A DNA stretch of 64,000 bases from Phoronis australis (lineage: Eukaryota > Animalia > Phoronida): NCBI GenBank assembly GCA_002633005.1, contig NMRA01000766.1:80978-144977 (forward strand), in the 5' to 3' direction. Made by a program: the position numbers and the translations under genes. The notes under the pieces were generated by a model. The model was not told where the DNA came from. It made no database searches and saw nothing but the letters and a program-made list of their open reading frames with translations. Below, one piece after another: positions 13,101 through 25,100 of this stretch (position 1 is its first letter; every line of letters begins with the position of its first letter).

Positions 13101-16100
13101 CTCATGTGATTATGGCTTCAAACTTGTTGGTTCAAGTACTGTTACGTGTCAGAACACAGGACAGTGGAGCCCAGCTCCACCTATATGCAAAGGTAACCAT
13201 AGTCAATAATAAAATTTTCATGGTTTGTAAAATGTTATCAAGCATTTCTTGACCTTTGAGGGTGTTGCTCTAAAGTTCTATTGTCGAAACGTTATTACTG
13301 TACTTCATATTATTTGATCGTCTGCATTCCATAACTTTGCTATAATTCTGACCTCATTCCTCTTTGTCCGAAACATCTTTATCTAACTGAATCGTCTCAA
13401 GTGATTATCTCTTACTCCAATGCCTCTAGAGACCAATGACCAACTTATTCTCCCACAAGTTCCTCTTTGATTGTTTCTCTCTAGAATCAAATGTTTGGTT
13501 GTTGTGTGTACTCTAGCCATCCAACCCGTTATCCAATATGCTAAAACTGTAGTGTGTCAAATAAATTTTGTAAAGATAATCGACTTACTTAATGGGGCTT
13601 TTTTATAATAATATTCGCACCTGAAACTGCTTCATACATTGTGATTTTATTTGTTATATTGAGAGTAATATTGCTAATGTAACGTTTCTGCAACATTGTA
13701 ATTCTGCTCAGCCGTGCCCTGTCAATGGCATTTTTCTATTCTTTGTCTTTAGCCAAGTGCAGTGACCCTAGCCCTATCCCCCATGGATCTGTGTCTTCAA
13801 CTGGCCCCTACGTGGCTGGAGACCAGGCCACATTTGTGTGCCAGTCTGGTTATCACCTGTTTGGTGACGACACCATAACTTGTAAGAATGATGGAACATG
13901 GACACCCACCCAGGCTGTGTGTAAAGGTAAATAACATTCAGGGCTTTAGTACAATGTGATGTAGAATGGGAATACTTTGTAAAATGGAAGACACTCAGTA
14001 GTCCTAAAAGGTTAGTGGGAGACTGCTTCTTCCATCTTTAGTTGTGACTAATTATCTGGTCATGAGCAGAGCTGATACGTTCCATCAAATACTTTCTGTT
14101 AGTAAATTGACTTACCAGACTTCCTGTTATTCAGACTTATTTTATTTCTGACAGTCAAAGAATGGCTTTCCACCACATACCTTTATTCTGGAGCAAAAGG
14201 AAAAGATGTATAAAAAAACATGAAACATTTTTAATTATTCTATTTCTAGTTAAATGTGGTACCCCACCATCTATTTCACATGGTTCAGTGTCGGCCAGTG
14301 AACCATATGTAACAGGATCTACTGCCACATACTCATGTGATTATGGCTTCAAACTTGTTGGCTCAAGTACTGTCACATGTCAGAACACAGGAGAGTGGAG
14401 CCCAGCGCCACCTATATGCAAAGGTATTTATAGGCAATAATAAATATAATCGTCCTTGTTGTATCAAATGTTTTCAAGCTTTTTTAGTTTAACATTTTAT
14501 ATTTGAGCATGTTATCGTAAAGTTCTCTTGTCAGCGTTATTACTGTACATCTGGGCCCGGTTGCATAAAACTTGCTATCCGGCGTATAAGGCCTTATACG
14601 CCGGATAAGTCCTTATCCGGCGTATAACTTTTTATACGCCGGATAAGTTGGGTTGCATAAAAATCGTATAGAGTTATCCGCCGTATAACTCACACTATCT
14701 GCCGTATAAAGTTACCCGACCATCAGACCTCGGATAACTCAATCAAAATGAATGCACTGTATAGATTTAGACCAAGGCTGAGGCAATTTGAAAGAGAAGT
14801 TACTGATCCCCTCAACAAGNTGGTGATTTGGCCAATTTGTCATGGAACTTTGTTATACCTCTGATCCCTTTCATTATTGATGAATTATTTCTGTAGAGTC
14901 AGTTTTGTGAATTTTTGACTTGTGTGTCTTCTACCCAACCAACTCCTTACTCTGTACTCTAAAACCATAAAGAAAATTGGTCTACTTAATGCTGTTCATT
15001 GCTTAGTCATCATCATGCACAAAATATCTGGGTCTAATGTCGTTCATTGATATGTTATTATATTGAACGCAACATTGGTAGTGTAAAATTGCTCTGTTTA
15101 ACATTTCTCTATTCTTTGTCTTTAGCCAAGTGCAGTGACCCCACCCCTATCCCCCATGGATCTGTGTCTTCAACTGGCCCCTACGTGGCTGGGGACAAGG
15201 CCACATTTGTGTGCCAGTCTGGTTATCACCTGATTGGTGACGACACCATAACTTGTAAGAATGATGGAACATGGACACCCACCCAGGCTGTGTGTAAAGG
15301 TAAATAACTTCAGAGCTTTAGTACAATGTCATTTAATTCAGAATACTTTGAGAAATGGGAGATGCCCTGTAATCTTGAAGTGGGTGCCTCCATTTGGGGC
15401 ACCCACTTACTGTCTGCCTTATCTGTAAACGATCTAGTTATAGTATGTTAACCGATCTCTGAAGTGGCGTCCACTATGTTATATCTTTTTAAACCTGTAA
15501 TAGTTGTTCCCGTTTTTGTTGATCTTCATTGTTGTGCACTGACATAATACTCTGGGGAGAGTGTGGTCACTTAAATCAAGAAGAAGAAGAAGAAAAAGAA
15601 GAGGATTATTGGAGACGGCTCCGGCCATCTGTAGTTTTGACCAGATCTGAATCAATTTGTCAAGAATATTCTGTTTGTAAAGTGACTTGGTTTAAAGTAA
15701 TTTCTGTCATTGGCTTTATGACTTAAATCATTGTATTTTATTGCTGTCAATCAATGCACCACTTTCCATCACATACATTTATTCTGCAGCAAAGTAAAAT
15801 GTGTATATTGAGGCGACCAACCTTTTTAACGAATCAATTTGTAGGTAAATGCGATGCCCCACCATCTATTTCACATGGTTCAGTGTCGGCCAGTGAACCA
15901 TATGTAACAGGATCTACTGCCACATACTCATGTGATTATGGCTTCAAACTTGTTGGTTCAAGTACTGTCACATGTCAGAACACAGGAGAGTGGAGCCCAG
16001 CGCCACCTACATGCAAAGGTAAACATTGTCAAGAATAAAGTCTTGCTGGTTTTGTCAAACATTTTCACTGTTTATGTGTGTTTGACTTTTGATAGTGTTA

Positions 16101-19100
16101 TATAGAGAGTAACCTTTCTACATTAACATTGCTGCGCTTAACATTTCTCTATTCTTTGTCTTTAGCCAAGTGCAGTGACCCCAGCCCTATCCCCTATGGA
16201 TCTGTGTCTTCAACTGGCCCCTACGTAGCTGGGGACAAGGCCACATTTGTCTGCCAGTCTGGTTATCACCTGATTGGTGACGACACCATAACTTGTAAAA
16301 ATGATGGAACATGGACACCCACCCAGGCTGTGTGTAAAGGTAAAGATCTTCAGAACTGTTGTATAATGTAATGTAGAATGGGAATACTTTGTAAAATGGA
16401 AGACACTCAGTAGTCCTAAAGGGTTAGTGGGAGACTACTCCTTCCATATTTAGTTGTGACTAATTATCTTGTCATCGCAAGAGCTGATATGATCCATCAA
16501 GTACATTCCATTTTTCAATTAGTAGATTGACTTGCCTTTATAATTCCTTTAATGCAGACTTTGTAGTTTAAGTGATTCTATTTTGTTTATGGCAAACAAA
16601 GATTGGCATCCCACCACATACATGTATCCTGGAGTCAAAGGAAAAGGTACATCAGAAAACCATGGACTTTGTAAATTATTCTAATTCTAGTCAAATGCGA
16701 TGCTCCACAGTCTATTTCACATGGTTCAGTGTCGGCCAGTGAACCATATGTAACAGGATCTACTGCCACATACTCATGTGATTATGGCTTCAAACTTGTT
16801 GGTTCAAGTACTGTCACATGTCAGAACACAGGAGAGTGGAGCCCAGCGCCACCTACATGCAAAGGTAAAATTAGTAATTTCTTCATGGATTTGTCAAACG
16901 TTTTCAATTTTATTGTTTGTCATTGGAGAGTTCCTTTTTGATTCTCTTGTCAGTTGAAACCATTATTCCATCTTGTGATGTTATCCATGTTCCTATATTC
17001 AGTATTATTCTGAGCCCATTTTTCAAATATTATTTCTGCAAAGTATCAACTTTGTGAACATTTATCTTTCTGTATGATCTGGGCTGTACTCTAGCCATTG
17101 AACCCCATCGTTATAAGAACCTCTCAGTTGATTTCAACTCCAGACAATAGTGGTTTCCAAACTGAAGCTAAATCCAGTTATATCTAGTTCATTTTTAAGC
17201 TCACTTGTCTTGTTGTCTTTTGTTTGTCTTCAGTAATCATGGGCCTGCTATCTATCACCAAATACTTACAATGTGTACTAGAGAACATTCCTGATCAACC
17301 GGCTTTTTGACAGTAGCGACTCTTATACAAATCTTCTGACAAAGTTCCTTGATACAGGTCCAGTTTCTAGTCAGCCCTTTCCGTATCGTAAAATGATGAT
17401 CGTTCATTCTGTCAAAAAAATTGTCCTGCTGAAACTCCCTGTCATTGATTTAACCTTGTTTTCTTTTCAATTAGTTCCTTAGAAGCAATGTAAATGTTTA
17501 TTTCTGCTCATGTTTGTAAGCTGTCTGCTCCAACCGCAATCTTTTCCTTTCAATTCATTAAGCCACGGACTCCTTTTTGTGTGTTTCAGCTATGTGCTCC
17601 AACCCCGATGCCATTCCACATGGTTCTGTGTCAACTAGTGGACCATACATAGCAGGTGATGTGGCCAAGTATGCGTGTGATAAGGACTACGTCCTGATTG
17701 GATCAGATACAATCACTTGTCAAGCCACTGGAGAATGGACTTCTACACTAGCCGTGTGTAAAGGTACAGCTTGTTGGAACTGAACTGTGTTGAGCGTACT
17801 GTGATGAAAATTCTCCAGTTTGGGACATTGAGTTTTGCTCAAGGTCGGACCTTGTATCATGTTTTGGAAATGAGCAATATTGGCGTGCCAAAATTCAAGA
17901 ATTGTGATCTCCGACACATGATCATTCCTCTTGATGTTACTCGCTATGGCAGCTCTTGAAAACGTTGCATTAGCAGCTAAGGCTCAACATTTTTATTTTT
18001 TGAGATTCTGTTGCTACAAAACGCAGTATCAAAATTTCTATGTCCAAATTTTGGAGATGGTCCAAACTGGAGAATTTTACCGTACTATAATGATTAACCA
18101 GCTCCTCTCCATACCATTCATAATTTTTTTTGTTTGTAATTTCTTCGGTGGACCCATCAATTCTGAAAACTTGGGATTTCAATTTACTTACTATTCATGT
18201 TATAATTTCTCTTTAATAATTATCACCTGTTTTGATTTCGCTAATCTGTGTTAGATGTGCACTGTATATTTTCTCGGCATAATAGCCTACTTTAGTTCAG
18301 GGGGTTGTGATGTTCCACCTCCTGAGATAATAGCGTGTTTGTTGTAGTTCCTGAAATCCCTAAGATTTCATCGTGATGGCATGCTGTGAACTTCCCTTTA
18401 ACCGAGTTCAGGATTTGGGGGAATAATTTGAATTTCTCCAATGGCACCTGATAAGTCCAACCGGGTTTTATCGCATTCCATTCTCACTAGAGGGTTCTTG
18501 GTCATATTATTTCTGCAGCCAACTGTGGTACCCCACCCACGCTGCCGCATGGTTCCTTCACGGCCAGCCCACCGTATGTGGCTGGAGTTGTGGCTAAGTA
18601 CGAGTGTGACGAAGGATACAACATACACGGCTGGCCGAAGGTCAAATGTCAAGAGAACGGAGAGTGGACTAACCTTGAAGCCTCGTGCAAAGGTTGGTGC
18701 TTTTTACGTGATCTGTTGTTTAGGAATCAGCATACTTGAACAATAAACAGTCAAATGTTAAGTGTTGACTATTTTTGTTTCCATTGGCAACTGTAAACAA
18801 AGAATCAGGACTTCATGGTGATCAAAAGCAGAATTGCAACATTGTTACCAGTACCTCAAAATTTTACTTGAATTGTTGTCAGTGACTTTTTACTTAATTA
18901 GCACAAATAACTTCACCAAATTAATCAGACAATATGAGTTGGAATGATGCAAATCTTTCCTGTTTGACACATCATTCAATTGTGATTTGCTTCATGGTGA
19001 CTATACCCCTGTTAAACTCATTGTGATCCAGAGTCATACTGGACTCTTTTTATTACAGGAACCTGTGGTGATCCAACACCCATCGCCAACGGTGCTGTGT

Positions 19101-22100
19101 CCTCAACTGGCCCCTATGAAGAGGGAGACGAGGCCACATTTGTGTGCAACACAGGCTTTGAGTTAACTGGCTCCAACAAGATCACATGTCAGGGTCTTAA
19201 CACCTGGTCACCAACACAAGCTGTTTGTACTGGTGAGTCATGGTGACATCTGTGGGCTATGTATTGAAGCTTGCCACAATGCTTCATTATGAATTATTAC
19301 ATGACCTCTGTTCCTTATGTCTTCTGATTGTCTGAAAGGCTGTGCAACAACTTTCGATATAGCGTAATATTGACCAACTTACTGTGAAATATCAGATTTC
19401 TTTCGTGCCTCCTGGATGTGAGAGGGTGTAGAACCGAGCAGATGATGTCGGTGCATCATCAAAGCTAGCAAGAACAAGTTTATCTGATTAAAACAAACAA
19501 TTGGAGAAAATAAGCATCATTGGCTGTGTAGTAAAACGAAATATAGAGAGGTCCCTATCAAGTTATATGGACCTCTGGAAACAATTTGGCCTGCAGCCTC
19601 TTTTTTCACAAGTCTTGCTTTCTGTTGTCCCAACAACGCAAAAGCAGAAGAAAAACGTTTAAAGTTTCTTAGCTCCATGGACATGATTGCAACGTATGAT
19701 CATACCCAGCACCAGTGTTTCACGTCCGCCAACATGTTAGTTTCTCGTACAAACTTGTGCCATGTCCACACTTCTCTGATGTCCCGCGAGAAAGTTAAAA
19801 GAGCCTCAGCATTCTTAAGTATCGAGTTATCACAACTAACACAAACACAACACCTCGCCATGATTATACCATAAACCAGGGCAAAACAAGCAACAGTATT
19901 TGACGACTTTTCACGCTAAACACAATGGAGGATGACTAGCTGTGATTGGTTGTCCTGATTCTACGTAGTGTGTTTTGACTTTATAAATACTCGTAACTCG
20001 AGATCAGATAGTGTTTGCGGGTGTTCTAATTTGATAGCTGATAGGCTGGTGGGGTTGTTTTTGTTTTGGTGTTTTTGATATGAAATTGGTGATTTTAAGC
20101 ACTTTTTATCGTCCTAGTGCCATGTTACTGTTCTGACCTTCATAAATCAATCTTTTTATTAGACATAAATGAATGCGCCAGCGCCCCGTGTCATAACTAT
20201 GCGGATTGCACCAACGTTCCGGGATCATTCAGATGCAAATGTAAGACGGGCTATGTTGGTGATGGCTTCACCTGTGAGCCAGGTAAGACGAGTATTAATA
20301 GTTTATTGTGCAACCTTTATTTGGGCGATTAATGCTAATGAGAAATTATCACGCATGGTAACGTGGAAAATGAATTTTAAAGATATGGGAAGATCTGTTT
20401 TATCAGAGTAGCAAAAAAGAGTAACGTTTATTGTGCTGATCCTGACTGCGGTTTTTAACCAAGTTTAGTGCAGAGTTGAGATGGACATGAGGTGCTTTTA
20501 ATAATTTTTAGGCCTAGCATGAAACTTCTTACATGATTTCATTCAGAAAAAATTGTTATGAATATCCCTGTGTATATCAAGGCATGGTTCTCTATGAGGT
20601 TATTGGTTTTTATCACAATTCAGCATATCATATGGCAAGTATACTGCTCATATCTTTCTCCGACTCACTGCACCTTGATATGCATGGCATTGTGGGTTGT
20701 TACAGACGACTGCGCCAACGGTGGAACGCGTTGCGGCACTAATGAGGAGTGCGATAAAACGCAGAAGAAGTGTGTCTGTATTGATGGCTACATATTGTAC
20801 GAAAAGAAGTGTACAGGTAATGGCCGAAGGGTGCTGCTTTGTTCTGTGTTCATAGTGTAGCGACTGTTTGATGATCTTTATTTACAAAGTTGATGGCATC
20901 AAGTACAGTGGCATGCCTTCAAATTTTCAGCTGTGACGGCCATTTTGTAAGCGCACCACCAGAAATTCTAAAGAATCAACTTAAATGGTCCATTGATTTT
21001 AATTTGTTTATTTGAAAAATTAATTGACATTTTGAATGATCACCATTTGGGAATAAGATATATCGAAAAAATTAGGTAATTGTGAAAATTCATTTTTAAC
21101 CGTCGCGAAACTGAATAACTATCTTTTATATTTATAGTATTAGGATTACCGTAAGATGTGTACGATATTTTCAGATAAAGACGAGGTGCCGTGCATGTCT
21201 GGTGGTACAAAATGTGGACAGTATGGTACATGCAACACTGCCACCAGGAACTGTGTGTGTCAGTCGGGTTACCATGAGGTCGATGGCGTCTGCAAGTGTA
21301 AGTTAAATAGCAAAGGGTTGAAGGTGTCAAGAAAATGACATATGGAGGGGAGACATTTTGTGGCGATGTTCACTGAATTTTGTTATCAGTGTTTTTGAGT
21401 GAAGTTTCTTATGAATTATGATATTTAATTTTAATAGCTTACTGTTATGGCTGGTTTAATGCACCTTATGACGGTGCTATTTTTCTGTGAGTTTCAAAAC
21501 GTCTCATCACAACGCAGTCTTTTTTATTTTAATTTGCCTGAAGTGAGTTTTTTACACAAAATGATGTCCTTTTAACACTGATGTGAGCTGTTTTGAATGC
21601 CTTGATCAAAAATTTTGAAAGTATCATATTCACTTAGCCTTTTACCCATCGGTATTAACGTCTCCAGATAGATTTTCGCGTTTTGATAAAATCTTGCTCC
21701 CCCTTATCCGGATTTTGAATGCTCCTTTCCTCTGGCTTGCTGTCTGCTGCATTTCATTGATGTATAGTGTACAGCGTGGTGAAGAATCGACACTCTGGAA
21801 CATTATTGTTTTAAAGAAAACTTATTCCATAAAGCTTCTCTGTCAGTTTTCAGCCATAACATTAACAGAATGGAAACCAAAAACTTTTGACGATCGGATT
21901 TTCTGTTGGATACACTATATACTGCAACAGTGTCAGATGATTCACTTTAACTTTGGTTTCAATTGGTATCATCAGTATTAATGAAAAGCAATATGATCTC
22001 TTTCATTTCTCAAATACCTTAGCCAAAGTCACGTTTCCCTCAGATTAAGGTACTGTAATTGTACATGCCTAACCCAAGCTCATAACTTGTGTGTTTATTA

Positions 22101-25100
22101 TTGTGGCTCACGCATGTATTTCAGCGACCAGTCTTTATTTGTTTCTCCTCTGTTTAGTAATATTTTGAGCTCTGAAGTGAGATGAGTTTTTGATATTTAT
22201 TTTATGGGTGAAGGTTAGGTATTTTGGTATGACGAAAACTAATGTTTAAAGTTGCAAACTTTTAGACTTTTGAAAGCACTTAAACAGCCTGCTTCCTCTT
22301 TATTTCAGTGAAGAATCAGCCATGTGAGGATGGTGGTTTGAACTGTATGGACCATGCCCACTGCGTCCAGAGGGTGACTAGGGTGTGCGAGTGTGATGCA
22401 GACTATGTTATGGTTAATGGAGTTTGCAAGCGTGAGTTCACTTACTGTTTGTAGATGCATTATACAAAAACAAGAAAACCTTCATGTCTGACAATAAAAA
22501 ATGGAATTTGCCAAACAATTCAGTCGACGTTATGGTCTGTTTTGTGTGCCATGATTTTTCATAAAAAATTTTGAACTTTTAACTCTTCAAAGGATTGCAA
22601 TTTTGCCATTGTGTTAGTGCAGAAAATTCTCATAATGGATCACCTTGTTTATGTATGGTGTGATATTTCTTATACATGTTGGAAAAAATTGGTCAAAATC
22701 TAAAAATTTGTGTCTGTAGGACGATGCTTTACACCCTCGACTGTCTAGCCATCATGTCGGATAACCCCCTCTTTTTTAATCTTGATTGCATTGAAAGAGA
22801 ATGATGTAAATTGAAAAATATTAAACAAAATGCTGTAATGTAGTTAGCAATTTATGAGCTAGAAAAGAACAATATCTCTTCAATTTCGCGCTATTGCAAA
22901 TTTTCTTTTTTCAAAGGCTGATTACATTGCTCGGATTCATTTATAAATTAATTTGTTTCATACCATCTGCACAGTGCAAGCCATGGTGACAGGTGAACAG
23001 GTTAAAGACACACTGTTAGGATGATATTGTCCTCTATATTATAGTTTTTCTTCTTACCTTTCCACACATTACAGCCAAGGATACAACACCATGCAGTGAC
23101 GGTGGTAACTACTGCCATAAAAACGCCCACTGCACTACATATGGTGGGGTCAGGAATTGTACCTGTGATGATGGATACATGCAGGATGGGGACCAGTGTA
23201 CCTTCAGTGCTGTCGGTGAGTTATGGCTGCCATTTTGGCTCATGGCTTCTATCAGTGTACTGTCAGTGCTGTTGGTGTGTTATGGCGGCCATTGTAGCTC
23301 ATGGTTGCCATCGGTGTACCTTTAAGTGCTGTGGATGAGTTATGATAGCCATTTTGGCTCACGGATGCTATCAGAGCCATTGACTCAAGTCGTACTTGTT
23401 TCCACGAATAATTGAAAATTTGAAGTATTTTAATGTTGTTTTAAGTGAATTATCGTTCTTCAGATAATCGCTGTCAGTGATTGTGTTGTTTCATTATTGA
23501 TTTCTTCTTTCCTTGGAACATTCTGAATATTTTTGTTTCTTTTAAAGTTTTACTGCACAATGCAATTTGTGTTTTTAATAGTTTGTGTTTGTACTCATGA
23601 TGATACTGTGTACTTTGTCCATCAGAGTGGTGCGACCACTGCTTGACCACCAGGAATGGTAACTCGTACAACGAGGACCCTGAGGATTGCACCAAGTTCT
23701 TCCAGTGTATCCGTGGCAACCCCATCTCCTACTTCCATCATAGCTGCTCATCGTGCACCTACTGGAACCAGAATCTTCTCACCTGTGTTAGCCTGGACCG
23801 GGCAGTGTGCCCCACGGGAGCGCCTCCAAGTATGTAATAGCTTGGGCTTCGTGCTCCAAGATGTTCAATTGAGATTGTTGCCCCAAGGTCTACATATGGC
23901 TTGGTGTCTGACCCTTTTGGGCTGGTGCTGCCCCAACATTCAGGTGGCTTGATGCCCTTCCATTTACATTATACGCCAGAAAATCCATCAAAATTCATTG
24001 TTGTGACTGATGAGCGTGTGGGCAAAATCCCCATATCATACTGGCAACATTTTTTGTTACAATATGCAAACTAACAGCATATGACGGTGCAAGTGTTAGA
24101 TGGCACTGACAGTAATCTTGTTACAGAATCATTTCAAAATTTGAGGACAAAATACGGTAGATTTTCTGACACCTTTTCATTAAGTGTGACTAAGTAATGC
24201 ATTATTTGCTACATTCAACTTCCAAACTTCCAAACTTCCACATTCGGTAAGTTAGTCTAAGTTAAGACAAGACTTGAATCGAAAACTTAAGTCAACTTCA
24301 GATCTCTTTCTTGAAATAGATTTTAGGCCAGTACCATAGATACTAGCAGTCAGTAATTTTGTGATCATTTGCAAAAATGTTAGACGACCTCGAAAAATGA
24401 AGAAAAGTGCTGTTTTGGCCATTTTATTAGTCCAAAATTGGTGAGATTTTACCATGATTTTACCCTGGGAGAGGGTCAACTAATCACACCTATTGCCTTT
24501 CAGTGAGTAAACATGCCCACCCACAGCAGTGCTCGTCCTACTTTGAGTGCCACATGCTGTCGCCCACCAGACAGACACCCTACATACAGCGATGCTGCTC
24601 CTCAGGTCAATCCTTCAACTACACTCAACAGCGGTGTGTCTCTGACACGCAATGTACTGATGCCTGCGTCATCTCAACAACGCCACAGACCACCACCCAA
24701 AGGCCATCTGATGTCGGTAAGTTATAACCAAGTACCCTAGCTATTGTGGTGGTTAGTTCAGCTACCAACCCATGTGCCCATAGACATTTTTACGGATGAG
24801 GACAATCGATCCACATACGTCTCACAACGTAGATTTGTAGAGCACAATTCATGTAATCCAGAATCCGGAAAGTATCACACAGGCGATTGTCTGCTCAGTA
24901 AGCTGACTGTTGATTTCTGAGATATGCTATATCTGCTTACAATTATCTGTGGTAAGGTAAATGTCGGCGTGAAATGTTACAGTGACTCTCATGTGTGACC
25001 TAACTACAGTGTGCTTGTTTTCTCTGTTTATCGTGCAAGGCATCAGTTTAAAGATTTTTTAAGATTGATTTATCTGAACTACAGGAAGAGTGAGAGACTT

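Noticed and set aside
6266-16864. CRISPR-like array, or Dscam-like mutually exclusive exon cluster
   Set aside because: The repeats are 174-nt coding exons in a eukaryote. They are frame-preserving, nearly identical and strictly alternating, so nothing forces mutual exclusivity and little sequence diversity would result.
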